In this document: positions 1 to 10,240 of the stretch, piece by piece
Numbering within the stretch: the first letter of the stretch is position 1
How the letters are laid out: the number at the start of each line of letters is the position of its first letter
Assembly (NCBI GenBank): GCA_963729715.1
Contig: CAVSPA010000006.1
Span: forward strand, 160,001 to 224,000
DNA length: 64,000 nucleotides
From: an uncultured delta proteobacterium
Lineage (GTDB): Bacteria > Desulfobacterota > Syntrophia > Syntrophales > UBA2185
Direction: 5' to 3'
The notes under the pieces: generated by a model
What the model was told of the DNA's origin: nothing
Seen by the model: the letters and a program-made list of their open reading frames with translations, nothing else
Databases searched by the model: none
Made by a program: the position numbers and the translations under genes

Positions 1-1
1 C

Positions 2-118
2 AGTGCCAGTGTGGCACTGCAGTTCATGGCGAAAGGATACAAGAAAGTATACGCAGTGAAAGGTGGATGGAGGGCCTGGGAGGTAGCGAAGTACCCAGTC
101 GAACCCAAGGGGGAATAA
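2..118 (+). CDS. C-terminal fragment of a rhodanese-like domain protein (5' part outside window)
   Basis: Frame 2 reads SASVALQFMAKGYKKVYAVKGGWRAWEVAKYPVEPKGE*, matching the rhodanese C-terminal pattern G(Y/F)xxVxxLxGGxxAW; not in the ORF track. Confidence 0.75.
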   Translation, partial: SASVALQFMAKGYKKVYAVKGGWRAWEVAKYPVEPKGE

Positions 119-149
119 ATAGCTGCTTCCGAGATGCCGACCTCTGGAC

Positions 150-515
150 TTATTGGATCTTCTTGAAGGTCATCTCTTTGGAGCCTGGGAGGGTCATCCG
201 AATGGTGTCCTTCTCTATCTTTCCCACAATCACTCCCCCTGCTCTGGTGTTCACCCGCAACTCCCCCTGCTTGATGTACCACATAAAGGGGATCTCTATG
301 AAGGTGCCCGCTACCTCATCAGAGGGCACTCTCCACAGACCATCTCCATTCGCCTTCAATTCCAGGACGCTCTCACCCTGCTTCACCGACTCTTTCCCCG
401 CCGCTTTGTATACCCCCACGTATTTATCTTTGGACTCGCATGACAGCAGAAGCATCAGAAGCACGCAAAGACCAACCATCAATACATATCCATGATATCT
501 TGACGTGTGCATCAT
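150..515 (-). CDS. Hypothetical lipoprotein
   Basis: Hydrophobic signal peptide with lipobox LLSC; beta-rich mature part; 8 nt downstream of the DoxX gene. Confidence 0.7.
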   Translation of the reverse strand: MMHTSRYHGYVLMVGLCVLLMLLLSCESKDKYVGVYKAAGKESVKQGESVLELKANGDGLWRVPSDEVAGTFIEIPFMWYIKQGELRVNTRAGGVIVGKIEKDTIRMTLPGSKEMTFKKIQ

Positions 516-523
516 AGGCCACC

Positions 524-1027
524 TTATCGCGATCCTGTAAGAGCAGCGACCCTGCCCTTCATGCTGGGCAGTAAGCCCCCCCTGCGGAAGATGAACAACC
601 TGTCACAGAAGTAAATCTGTATCGTGAAGAGGAGCAGCACTACGTCCTCACTGACTTTCTTCCACCCAATGGGCTCCCCCACCGTATCATAACATCCACA
701 GGTAATTGACGCTCCCCAGTACATGTTGGTCAGGACCATCGCGGTAAACATGATCAACATCAAACCGATGAGGGTCGCTGCCGCCCTCGTCCTCAGCCCG
801 ATGATTAGAAACAGCCCGCTTACAAACTCGATCCACGGCAATAGTACAGCCCCCACATTAAGAAACCAGTACGGGATCAGTTGATAGGCTGCCACCGCTT
901 CCGCAAACTGTGCAGGGTGAGGTATCTTGCTCACGCTCGCGTACAGAAAGAAATAGCCCACGTAAACCCTTAGAATGAGCGCCAGATACGGACTCCTCAC
1001 AATCCGCTTTAGAAATGTCCGGATCAT
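524..1027 (-). CDS. MauE/DoxX-family membrane protein
   Basis: [17 protein letters not shown]...LPWIEF...GL...TCGCY; four TM segments. Confidence 0.85.
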   Translation of the reverse strand: MIRTFLKRIVRSPYLALILRVYVGYFFLYASVSKIPHPAQFAEAVAAYQLIPYWFLNVGAVLLPWIEFVSGLFLIIGLRTRAAATLIGLMLIMFTAMVLTNMYWGASITCGCYDTVGEPIGWKKVSEDVVLLLFTIQIYFCDRLFIFRRGGLLPSMKGRVAALTGSR

Positions 1028-1950
1028 TCCTTCCCTTTCTCCTCCTCGACCGGATAGCCCTTTTTCTCCCAGGCCACCATCCCCCCCTCCAACACCTTCA
1101 CATCCTTATGCCCACGAAGAAGGAGCTTGTCTGCCAGCTCCCAATCGTAGAGTTTGCTGAATGTTCCTCCATACACAATCACCTTTTTCCCCTTCTCATC
1201 CTCTCCGTAGGCCATCATGTACACGATATCAAAAAGAGAGAGCGGTATGCTGATCGCCCCCTGGATATGCTTCTTTTCATAGAAGGCTTCAGGACCCGCA
1301 TCCACGATGAGCGCTTCCCCCTTCTTCGCCTCTTCCATCGCCTGAGTAGCGCTGATCTCGGAAATCGCTTTCCTGTCAGGAAACTTCGGAAACAGGGGTA
1401 TCCCGTTCGGGTTGGACTTATTGAATACGAGGGCAAGAATTACGCTCACCCCGATCAGTAGCAGAAAATCAAACCAGGATATCCGATGTGCCTTGTAAAG
1501 TTGCTGCGCTTCCTTCTCAATGATCTCCTCATCCCTCAGAAGCCATCCCGACATCTGCTTCACAAAGGCTAGGGAAATATGGGGAAAGTCCTTCAGAATA
1601 TGCTCAAACTGCACTTTAGAAAGCACCATCAGACAAGTCTCTTCCACCGCCTCCACGTTCGCTGATCTCACCTCCCCTGTAAGCAGGGCCATCTCGCCAA
1701 AGCTTTCCCCCGCTCCCAGCACAGATAGGTCCGTCTCCAATCCTTCAGCGTCCTTCCTGAACACCCTCACTTTTCCTGAATGAATAATGTAAAACTTGTC
1801 CCCTGGATCCCCCTGCCTGAAGATGATCGTACGCCGTGATACCACCTGCTTCTCCATAGCCCGAGTGAGCTCACCCCACTTCTCTTTGGGCAATTGCTCG
1901 AAAAGGCTGCTTCCCGTAAGTCCCTCTTTCCCGCTCTCGTTCTCGCTCAT
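1024..1950 (-). CDS. Cyclic-nucleotide-binding domain + TM + rhodanese-like domain protein
   Basis: cNMP motif [14 protein letters not shown]...[33 protein letters not shown]; rhodanese HIQGAISIP and LEGGMVAW. Confidence 0.85.
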   Translation of the reverse strand: MSENESGKEGLTGSSLFEQLPKEKWGELTRAMEKQVVSRRTIIFRQGDPGDKFYIIHSGKVRVFRKDAEGLETDLSVLGAGESFGEMALLTGEVRSANVEAVEETCLMVLSKVQFEHILKDFPHISLAFVKQMSGWLLRDEEIIEKEAQQLYKAHRISWFDFLLLIGVSVILALVFNKSNPNGIPLFPKFPDRKAISEISATQAMEEAKKGEALIVDAGPEAFYEKKHIQGAISIPLSLFDIVYMMAYGEDEKGKKVIVYGGTFSKLYDWELADKLLLRGHKDVKVLEGGMVAWEKKGYPVEEEKGKE

Positions 1951-1956
1951 GGCATT

Positions 1957-2222
1957 CTACTGCTTCTTATGGATTTCCCTTACTTCCTTCACGTGTCCAT
2001 CAATATCAAAGGTCACCTTCGTTGTCTGGTCGACGGGTTGACATCCACAGACTTCACGCCCATCATTCTCGAGAGGATAATCCTTATGGACATGAAGGAG
2101 TGACTTTAGACGCACCCCCGGAGAGCTCAACACCACTCTTCTCTCGACAACCGTCACCACTTGGCTCGTCGCAAACAGCGCAACCAATAGCGATCAGCAC
2201 GCCGAGCATCACAATCCATTTC
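1957..2222 (-). pseudogene. Frameshifted remnant of an exported HMA/CopZ-like protein
   Basis: Pieces in different frames join to KWIVMLGVLIAIG/VALFATSQVVTVVERRVVLSSPG/CV*(TAA 2106-2108)...IILSRMMGVKSVDVNP/VDQTTKVTFD, an HMA-like pattern. Confidence 0.5.
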
Positions 2223-2492
2223 CCTCTTGCGCCTATAAGACATCGTTTTTTGGAATGTTTATCGTATGGCGCAGATAGTTCTGGATGTCAAACAAATTCG
2301 GTGGCTCATTGTATGTTTCGAAGACCTCAAATGGCATCACGTTCCTCTGCGGAGTCCTGGACTACTTTAGGAGTGGAACAAATCTGGAATGGCAGCTTGA
2401 CCCCCGCTACGGTAATCATTTCTCGCCATGCAGAGCTGTCCTTACCCCAAAAGATGCTTCTTCACCAAAAGATGAGAGACTGAAAGTGTCGG

Positions 2493-3617
2493 TTATATTC
2501 GTTCCCCGCACTGATTGCAGAACATGGATTTTGGCAGATTTTCGGTGCCGCACTTTGGGCACTTGAGTGACTCGGGTTTCTCTTCTACAGGGTGGCCGCA
2601 CTGCACGCAAAATTTCGCATTGGGTGGAAGATTCTTGCCGCACTGAGAACATTGCTGAAAGACAACGATCTGGTGCCCGCAATGGGGGCAGAACTTGGCT
2701 TCTTTAGATACATTTTGCTGGCAGTCGGGACAGCTGAAAATTTCCGGTGTCGAGGTCTGCTGGGTCGGTGAGCTCTTAAATGCCTCGGCGAACATGGCGG
2801 GCATCATGAAGCCCATTCCCATGCCCAGTCCGGCTCCCGCCTGTCCCTGTGACTGGGCTGCTGTCTCCATGGCCATGGCCGCCTTCATCTTCAAGAGTTT
2901 ATTGAGGTCATCAAAAATCCCGAGGCGGCTCTTATCGTCTATGGCCTTCTGAACTTCCGGCGGCGGCGTGATGGAATTGATATACAGCTGGGAGAGGCCC
3001 AAACCAAAGTGAGAAAAATCTTCTTCGAGGGCCTTTTTCAGACCGAGAGCGAGCTCATCGTATTTTGCGGGAAGGTTAAAGATGGTATCGATATGCTTTC
3101 CCATGAAATCGTTAAAGCGGGAAACGATTACACGGTTCAGGTATTCTTCAATGGCATCAGCAGTAAATACGCCCTGGGTTCCGACAAGACTGTTTATCAG
3201 GAGAATGGGCTGAAGAACCTGGATGTTAAAAACCCCGAATGCCCTGAGACGGATGAGTCCCAATTCTGAATCTCTGAAGGCGACGGGATCGCGTGTTCCC
3301 CATTTCAGATTGGGAAAGACTTTCATATTGACGAAGTAAACTTCTGCCCGCAGCGGGCTGGTCATTCCCCAGGGCAGGCTGAATATTTTTGTCAAAATTG
3401 GAATATTGGCCGTTTGTAGTGTGTGCCTGCCGGGCCCGAATGCATCATAGGCCTTGCCGTTATAGAAAAAAACCGCGGCCTGACTTTCTCGAACCGTCAT
3501 CTGTGCGCCGAACTTGATTTCACCAGATCCATTTTCGGGGATTCTATGAACCAGCTCTTTCCCCTGCTCGTCAAACCATTCGATAACTTCCAGAAATATT
3601 AGGTTGTTGGTTCCCAT
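2493..3617 (-). CDS. SPFH-domain protein with C-terminal zinc ribbons (YdjI-like)
   Basis: VRESQAAVFF, FGPGRHTL, KWGTRDP; six CxxC pairs at the C-terminus. Confidence 0.85.
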   Translation of the reverse strand: MGTNNLIFLEVIEWFDEQGKELVHRIPENGSGEIKFGAQMTVRESQAAVFFYNGKAYDAFGPGRHTLQTANIPILTKIFSLPWGMTSPLRAEVYFVNMKVFPNLKWGTRDPVAFRDSELGLIRLRAFGVFNIQVLQPILLINSLVGTQGVFTADAIEEYLNRVIVSRFNDFMGKHIDTIFNLPAKYDELALGLKKALEEDFSHFGLGLSQLYINSITPPPEVQKAIDDKSRLGIFDDLNKLLKMKAAMAMETAAQSQGQAGAGLGMGMGFMMPAMFAEAFKSSPTQQTSTPEIFSCPDCQQNVSKEAKFCPHCGHQIVVFQQCSQCGKNLPPNAKFCVQCGHPVEEKPESLKCPKCGTENLPKSMFCNQCGERI

Positions 3618-3845
3618 ATATGCGGTCTTTCAAGATCGTTTTTCTTATCGTCAGGGCATGTATAAAGCCTCTCATGACAAGCTGATGAGGCCGACTTTTA
3701 ACTCCAAGCATGATAGGCAAGCGCAGATACTATGTCAAGGAGAAAGCAGTACGTGTATTCAGGGTTTCCGGACCCTCCTTGACCTCTCCCGCTTTTGCCG
3801 CGATTGTTTTTCAGTCAGTAGAAAAAGCCACATCGATTATTCGGT

Positions 3846-3997
3846 TCGCATTTTTGCGATAGTTACAATTTTGTAATTTTTAAATTTAAATGAACAAAAT
3901 TGTTACAGATTATACCATCTAACATCAGAAACCTGATACAACAAATTAGTTAATACAGCTACTTACATAATATGACTCGGTTAGCATCAAAATTGCA
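3846..3997 (+). promoter_or_regulatory. Putative amtB control region: three CA-N4-TG dyads and an imperfect sigma54 -24/-12 element
   Basis: TCGCA-TTTT-TGCGA 3846-3859, TTACA-ATTT-TGTAA 3863-3876, GAACA-AAAT-TGTTA 3892-3905; TAGCATCAAAATTGCA 3982-3997 (AG instead of GG). Confidence 0.4.
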
Positions 3998-4043
3998 AAA
4001 CAATATCCTTGATATATCAAATAACCCGCGGGAGGTAAATTGT

Positions 4044-5276
4044 ATGAACTCAGGCGATACAGCATGGGTATTAGTATCGACAGCGCTGGTCTTTTTTATG
4101 GTTCCAGGATTGGCGCTTTTTTATGGGGGCATGACACGCAGGAAGAATGTCCTCTCCACCCTGATGCAATGCATCATCGTCGTGTGCCTGATAAGTGTCC
4201 AGTGGGTATTATTCGGTTACACGCTGGCGTTCGGACCCGATTCAGGCTTCGGAATACTTGGAAATCTCGACTTCATATGTCTGCGGAATGTGGGTTTCAA
4301 CCCTTTCAATGAATATTCAAAAACAATCCCCCATCTCGCGTTTATGATTTTTCAGTGCATGTTTGCCATTATTACACCCGCATTGGTCATTGGCGCATTT
4401 GCGGAGCGCATCAAATTTTCGTCTTTTTGCATTTTTTCCTTGCTGTGGGCTACTTTTGTCTACGACCCCATCGCACACTGGATTTGGGGAGCCGGTGGCT
4501 GGCTGAAAGAATTGGGAGGCCTTGATTTTGCCGGCGGTATGGTTGTTCATGGAAGCTCAGGTTTTGCCGCACTTGTCGTTTGTCTTCTGATTGGCCAGAG
4601 AGTCGGCTATCAAGAACAGCCTTTCCGGCCGCATAATCTTCCCTTTACCGTATTGGGGGCCGGCATGCTCTGGTTCGGGTGGTTCGGCTTCAACGCTGGG
4701 AGCGCTCTTGAAGCGAGCGGGTTGGCAGTTAATGCCTTTGTCAGCACCAATATTGCCGCTGCAGTTGCGGCTCTGACATGGGCAATCTGGGAGTGGCAGA
4801 AACACGGCGCACCGACCATGCTCGGTTTGGTTACCGGTATTATAGCCGGACTAGGGGCAATTACGCCGGCCTGTGGTTATGTAAGGCCTCTTGCGGCCAT
4901 ACCAATTGGAATTTTGGCAGGCGTTTTCTCTTTCCTCGCTGTAACAAAAATGAAAGCCAGACTGGGTTATGATGATTCGCTGGATGTTTTCGGCGTTCAT
5001 GGAATTTGCGGCGTATGGGGAACAATTGCAACAGGCCTCTTTGCGGAAAAAGCAATTAATGCCGCCGGAGAAAACGGCTTTCTTTTCGGCAACGCTAAAC
5101 TGCTACTCATACAGGGGCTTTATGTTGCTGTCACTATTTGTTACTCAGTCGCAGTAACCTGGATTCTGTATAAATTCGTTGATGCCTTTATGGGCATGAG
5201 GGTTGAGAAGAAGGATGAGATCATCGGCCTTGACCTGACCCAGCATCACGAATCCGCCTACACCGTTGTGGAATAA
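4044..5276 (+). CDS. amtB: Ammonium transporter
   Basis: GDTAWVL, DFAGGMVVH, WFGWFGFNAGS, DDSLDVFGVHG; GGAGG RBS before ATG 4044. Confidence 0.97.
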   Translation: MNSGDTAWVLVSTALVFFMVPGLALFYGGMTRRKNVLSTLMQCIIVVCLISVQWVLFGYTLAFGPDSGFGILGNLDFICLRNVGFNPFNEYSKTIPHLAFMIFQCMFAIITPALVIGAFAERIKFSSFCIFSLLWATFVYDPIAHWIWGAGGWLKELGGLDFAGGMVVHGSSGFAALVVCLLIGQRVGYQEQPFRPHNLPFTVLGAGMLWFGWFGFNAGSALEASGLAVNAFVSTNIAAAVAALTWAIWEWQKHGAPTMLGLVTGIIAGLGAITPACGYVRPLAAIPIGILAGVFSFLAVTKMKARLGYDDSLDVFGVHGICGVWGTIATGLFAEKAINAAGENGFLFGNAKLLLIQGLYVAVTICYSVAVTWILYKFVDAFMGMRVEKKDEIIGLDLTQHHESAYTVVE

Positions 5277-5291
5277 GGAGGGTAGTTAGCC

Positions 5292-5633
5292 ATGAAATAT
5301 ATAGTCGCGATAATACAGCCCCACAAACTGGACGAGGTGATGAAAAGCCTGGAGGATGTGGAGGTGAACTTGGTGACCGTATCGAATGTACTCGGACGCG
5401 GCAGGCAGAAGGGTTTGACGGAGATCTACCGGGGTGCGAAGGAGGTAGGGAGCCTGCTGAAGAAGATAAAGCTGGAGATAGCGTGCAACGAGGATTTTGT
5501 GGAGCCGACGGTACAGGCGATCATCAAGGGAGCACGGACGGGAGAGATCGGAGACGGGAAGATATTCGTGATTGACCTCTACGATGTTATCCGGATCCGC
5601 ACAGGCGAACGGGGCGGCAAGGCCATAGGATAA
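5292..5633 (+). CDS. glnK: PII nitrogen regulatory protein
   Basis: [30 protein letters not shown]; directly after amtB. Confidence 0.95.
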   Translation: MKYIVAIIQPHKLDEVMKSLEDVEVNLVTVSNVLGRGRQKGLTEIYRGAKEVGSLLKKIKLEIACNEDFVEPTVQAIIKGARTGEIGDGKIFVIDLYDVIRIRTGERGGKAIG

Positions 5634-5651
5634 AGGAGAGGTGCGAGAGAT

Positions 5652-7067
5652 ATGAATCTTAAAGAGCTAATGAAGTATTCCAAGGACAAGCGTCTGGAGT
5701 TTATTGATCTGAAATTCACGGACATCCCAGGATTGTGGCAGCACATCACGATACCGATCCAGCAGTTGGACGAGGACCTGGTTATCCATGGTATCGGTTT
5801 CGATGGTTCGAGCATCCGGGGGTTCCAGCCGATCAACGAGAGTGACATGCTGATCAAGCCTGATCCTGAGACCGCATTCATCGATCCTTTCATGGCGGAT
5901 CCCACGCTGAGCATGATCTGCAACGTCAAGGATCCCCTGACGCAGATACCGTATTCGCGTGACCCGCGTAACGTAGGACAGAAGGCGGAGAGGTACCTAT
6001 CGGTCTGCGGGATAGCGGATCAGGTTTTTTTCGGTCCGGAGCCCGAGTTTTACGTCTTTGATGATGTACGTTTCGAACAGACTTACAACACGGGTTTTTA
6101 CCGTGTCGATTCGAAGGAGGGATTCTGGAATACGGCAAGGGACGAGGGGCCGAATCTCGGATACAAGCCGCGCTACAAAGAAGGCTACTTTCCTGTGCCT
6201 CCCACAGACAGCCTGCAGAATCTCCGGGCGAAAATGTGCAAGGTGATGACGGAAGTGGGGATTCCTGTGATTCTCCATCACCACGAGGTTGCCACGGCGG
6301 GCCAGTGCGAGATCGGTGTGCGTATCAATAACCTTGTGGACACGGGAGACATGTTGATGAAGTACAAGTATGTGGTAAAGAACGTCGCCCTGGCGCACGG
6401 GAAGACGGTGACGTTCATGCCGAAGCCGCTCTTCATGGATAACGGTTCGGGAATGCATGTGCACCAGAGCCTCTGGAAGAACGGCAGGAACCTATTTTAT
6501 GAGCCAGGCGGATACGGAGGAATCAGCAAGCTCTGCCGCAACTATATCGGGGGCCTGCTGCATCATGCTCCATCGCTTCTGGCCTTTACGTCACCCACGA
6601 CGAATTCATACAGGAGACTCGTTCCGGGGTATGAGGCTCCGATCAACCTGGTGTACTCGCAGCGGAACCGGAGCGCATGTGTGAGGATACCGATGTATTC
6701 ACCCTCCGAGAAGGCGAAGCGTATAGAGTTTCGTTGTCCCGACTGTTCCTGCAATCCGTACCTGGCGCTTGCGGCGATGCTCATGGCGGGTCTGGACGGC
6801 ATCGAGAACGAGATCGAGCCGCCGCCGCCCATCGATGAGGATATCTATGAGCTTTCGCATGAGGAGAAGAGCCATATCAAGGCGACGCCCGGCTCCCTTT
6901 CAGAGGTGCTGGATGCGCTGGAGAAGGAGCACTCCTATCTTCTTAAAGGTGATGTCTTTACGGAGGACCTGATCCAGACGTGGATCGAGTACAAACGAAA
7001 GAGGGAGGACGACCTGATCAGGCTTCGTCCCCATCCTTACGAGTTTGCGTTGTACTACGATATTTAA
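5652..7067 (+). CDS. glnA: Type I glutamine synthetase
   Basis: [51 protein letters not shown]. Confidence 0.98.
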   Translation: MNLKELMKYSKDKRLEFIDLKFTDIPGLWQHITIPIQQLDEDLVIHGIGFDGSSIRGFQPINESDMLIKPDPETAFIDPFMADPTLSMICNVKDPLTQIPYSRDPRNVGQKAERYLSVCGIADQVFFGPEPEFYVFDDVRFEQTYNTGFYRVDSKEGFWNTARDEGPNLGYKPRYKEGYFPVPPTDSLQNLRAKMCKVMTEVGIPVILHHHEVATAGQCEIGVRINNLVDTGDMLMKYKYVVKNVALAHGKTVTFMPKPLFMDNGSGMHVHQSLWKNGRNLFYEPGGYGGISKLCRNYIGGLLHHAPSLLAFTSPTTNSYRRLVPGYEAPINLVYSQRNRSACVRIPMYSPSEKAKRIEFRCPDCSCNPYLALAAMLMAGLDGIENEIEPPPPIDEDIYELSHEEKSHIKATPGSLSEVLDALEKEHSYLLKGDVFTEDLIQTWIEYKRKREDDLIRLRPHPYEFALYYDI

Positions 7068-7111
7068 ATGACAGGAATAAAACGATCAATATAAATTAGG
7101 AGGTTAAGGAC

Positions 7112-8383
7112 ATGGATATAGGAATGGTGAGCATTTTTATTGGCGTGCTGGTCATCATGGCAGTCATTATTTATATCAAGGCGAACATGAAGATCTGTGA
7201 GCCCAATGAGGTAATGATTTTCTCCGGCAGGCAGTTTAAGGATAAGGACAAAAAGTCGGTGGGCTACCGTGTCATCAAGGGCGGCCGGGGTTTGAAGATC
7301 CCGCTTATCGAGACGGTGCGGACGATATCGTTAAACACGATGCCCATCGAGATGGATGTAACGGGTGCGCTCACGAGGGGGACGATCCCCGTGAATGTGA
7401 AGGCCATAGCGAATATCAAGATTGCCGGCACCATGGAGGATGGTCTGGGCAATGCCATCGAGAGGTTCCTGGGTAAGAGCGCGACGGCGATAGTGACGAC
7501 GGCAAGGGAAATCCTGGAAGGAACCCTGCGTGGCATCCTGGCGACGATGGAGCCTGAGGAGGCGAATGCGAACCGGATAGCGTTGGCGCAACAAGTTGCC
7601 AGAGAGGCAAGGGAAGATATGCAGCGGCTGGGTCTGGTTCTGGATACGTTCAAGATCCAGGAGATCAAGGATGACAAGGGGTATTTAGAGGCTATCGCAC
7701 GGAAGAAGAACGCCGAGGTCCACCGGGATGCGCGGATCGTGGAGGCCGAATCGAATGCGGAGGCGAGCAAGAAGGAGTCCGAGGGCAAGAAGATTGCGGA
7801 AATTGCGGAGATCCAGGCCCGGCGGTCCGTTGTAGAGACGGAGATGAATTTCAGGGTTCAGCAGGCACAATGGAAGGCTGACGCCAATCGTGCGGAGGAG
7901 AAGGCAAAGGTGGCAGGAGACATCTCGCGCATGGAGGAGACGAAGACCCTTGAGGCTCGGCGTGTGGAGACGAACAAGCTGAAGTATCAGGCGGATGTGA
8001 TAATTCCCGCGGCAGCGGAGAAGGAAGCATTACTGATGAAAGCTGCGGGAGCGGCGGCAAGCACGTTTGAGGAAGGGAAGGCGAAGGCGGAGGCGTTAAG
8101 GCTGCTACGTGAGCAGTGGGAACACCCGAACAGCAAGGACCTGTTCATGATCCAGCTCATGCCGGAACTTGTGGGTCATGTATCGAAGGTGATTGCCTCC
8201 AATCTCAGTGTGGAAAGGCTGACTGTAGTTGATGGGGGCGGAAGTGGCAGCGGCGGCGGTATCCCCCACCTGGTAGGGAACCTGGCCGGCTCGGTCAATT
8301 CCTTCTTCGAACAGATGAAGACTATGACAGGCCTGGACCTCGCCAGGTTGATAGAAGAACACTACCAGGCGTCGTCTAAATAA
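7112..8383 (+). CDS. Flotillin-family (SPFH) membrane protein
   Basis: N-terminal TM, PNEVMIFSG, NAIERFLG, LEGTLRGILA, AE-rich coiled coil; GGAGG RBS. Confidence 0.9.
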   Translation: MDIGMVSIFIGVLVIMAVIIYIKANMKICEPNEVMIFSGRQFKDKDKKSVGYRVIKGGRGLKIPLIETVRTISLNTMPIEMDVTGALTRGTIPVNVKAIANIKIAGTMEDGLGNAIERFLGKSATAIVTTAREILEGTLRGILATMEPEEANANRIALAQQVAREAREDMQRLGLVLDTFKIQEIKDDKGYLEAIARKKNAEVHRDARIVEAESNAEASKKESEGKKIAEIAEIQARRSVVETEMNFRVQQAQWKADANRAEEKAKVAGDISRMEETKTLEARRVETNKLKYQADVIIPAAAEKEALLMKAAGAAASTFEEGKAKAEALRLLREQWEHPNSKDLFMIQLMPELVGHVSKVIASNLSVERLTVVDGGGSGSGGGIPHLVGNLAGSVNSFFEQMKTMTGLDLARLIEEHYQASSK

Positions 8384-8702
8384 AAAAACATGTCGCAAAG
8401 GCAACTGCGGCATGTCTCACATTCCCGCGAAAATTCTCCTCCCCCCGCGGGAGGGGAATGACGGGAGGTAGCGATGAAAGGTGTTTTCACTCACCTCAAC
8501 ATCTCCCGCGATATATTGCGCAGTAAGACTCCACGGAATAATATATGTAGCACCTTCCATTTTATTTCTTCTGTCCATCTATTCTCATGCGGCGGGGCGG
8601 GGAGCCTGCGATAGGGTTTTTCCTTATTGTCCCCCTCCCGCTTTTCACCGATTAGTAAAACTGGGTTTGATATTTACGAGGGAATATTGTAAACCTTTGT
8701 CC

Positions 8703-10121
8703 ATGAGACGGAAGGACGCACAGTATGCAAAGGTTTATCGAGGGAAGGCGCTGATTGCCGATCCCATATACCAGTATGCCTCTTTTACTGTGCCGACAAC
8801 TGATTTTCCGGACGAGAAAACGGAAAAGGACCTGATCGATTCTCCCTGGGTTCAAAGATTGCGGAGAATTTACCAGCTCCAGAGTGCCCGCTGGGTGTAT
8901 CCGGCCGCAGAGCACAGTCGATTCCAGCATTCCCTCGGGACCATGCACGTGGCGGGCGAGTTCGGAAGATATCTTTATCCCAGCCTGAAAGAGGTGTGCA
9001 GGGATGCCCCTTCATTGAACTATGTTGAGGAGGTTCTCCGCGTTGCGGGACTTCTGCATGATGTGGGGCATGGCCCGTACGGGCATTTTTTCGATGACCA
9101 CTTTCTCAGCCAGTATGACATTACCCATGAGGATCTGGGAAAAGCGATTATCACGAAAAGGTTGGGGAAGATCATCCGTCAAATCCGAAGAAGCCCTAAC
9201 GGTCCCTTTGCCGGTGGTGAATGCCTCGACCCAAATCACGTGGCAATTCTGATTAAAATGCCGGAGGGGGATGAAACTGGGGTGCCGCGGTGGCTGCAGC
9301 TTCTGAGGCAGCTCTTTTCAGGCATTTACACCGTGGATAATCTCGACTATGTGCAGAGAGACGCCTACATGACGGGGTTCTCCCTCGATATTGTGGATAT
9401 TACGAGACTTCGCTTTTATACTTTCTTTACGAAAGACGGCTTCACCCTGCATCAGGCAGGCATCTCGGCCCTGAGTCGCTTCATAAATGCAAGATTGAAT
9501 CTCTATACAAATGTCTATTTCCATAGGACGACGAGAGCTCTTGATCTTCATCTGCAGGAGATATTCAGGGAAACGATGCGCATAATCTTTCCATGGAATC
9601 CATTGGAGGCGCTTGACGAGTATCTGAATTGCGATGAATGGCATTTGTACTATATAGTTTTGGGCTGGCTCGGGGAAAAGGACCGGAAGAAACAGAGACT
9701 GAGTCAGGAATGGACAAAGCTTTACAGCAGGGAAGTGAAATGGAAGATGTCTTTTTCAACAGAGATATCCATCGACCAGATTCAAAGGGGGACGAGATTC
9801 GCCCATGCAGGCGACTATGAAAAGCAACTCAGGAGTTTTCTTCCTGAAAAACTGAAAGGCATTCCATTTCGCGTCGATTTGGCAACACAGGACCCACGCC
9901 CCATAAACCCCATGGCAGAGACGGAAAAAAGGGTTAATATCTTCAACCCGACCACGGGTACAACGTCCCCGGAGCCATTGAGAGACATCTACCGCTTTAT
10001 ACCGGCGCGTGTCGTTCATCTGCGCGTCTTTGCACTTTCCCACGATAATGATGCAGCGATTTCCAAGGCCGCTGAAAAGATGCTTAGCGCCTTGGAGGGA
10101 ACTGCAAAGACTAATGTATGA
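8703..10121 (+). CDS. HD-domain phosphohydrolase, dNTP triphosphohydrolase/SAMHD1-like
   Basis: DPIY, QRLRRIYQL, HSRFQHSLG, LLHDVGHGPYGH, VDNLDYVQRD; start taken at ATG 8703. Confidence 0.88.
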   Translation: MRRKDAQYAKVYRGKALIADPIYQYASFTVPTTDFPDEKTEKDLIDSPWVQRLRRIYQLQSARWVYPAAEHSRFQHSLGTMHVAGEFGRYLYPSLKEVCRDAPSLNYVEEVLRVAGLLHDVGHGPYGHFFDDHFLSQYDITHEDLGKAIITKRLGKIIRQIRRSPNGPFAGGECLDPNHVAILIKMPEGDETGVPRWLQLLRQLFSGIYTVDNLDYVQRDAYMTGFSLDIVDITRLRFYTFFTKDGFTLHQAGISALSRFINARLNLYTNVYFHRTTRALDLHLQEIFRETMRIIFPWNPLEALDEYLNCDEWHLYYIVLGWLGEKDRKKQRLSQEWTKLYSREVKWKMSFSTEISIDQIQRGTRFAHAGDYEKQLRSFLPEKLKGIPFRVDLATQDPRPINPMAETEKRVNIFNPTTGTTSPEPLRDIYRFIPARVVHLRVFALSHDNDAAISKAAEKMLSALEGTAKTNV

Positions 10122-10240
10122 CCCGATCATCGGAAATATTTTTTGTCTATAGTGTTGAACACTATATGTCTTTTATCCCCCTACGCATTGCTTAGGGAAA
10201 ACTCCGGGGAAAAATTATGACAAATTTAAGGTAATCGCGG

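Noticed and set aside
8481..8702. 74-aa N-terminal extension of the HD ORF
   Set aside because: Runs through hairpin-rich intergenic sequence; family similarity begins after ATG 8703
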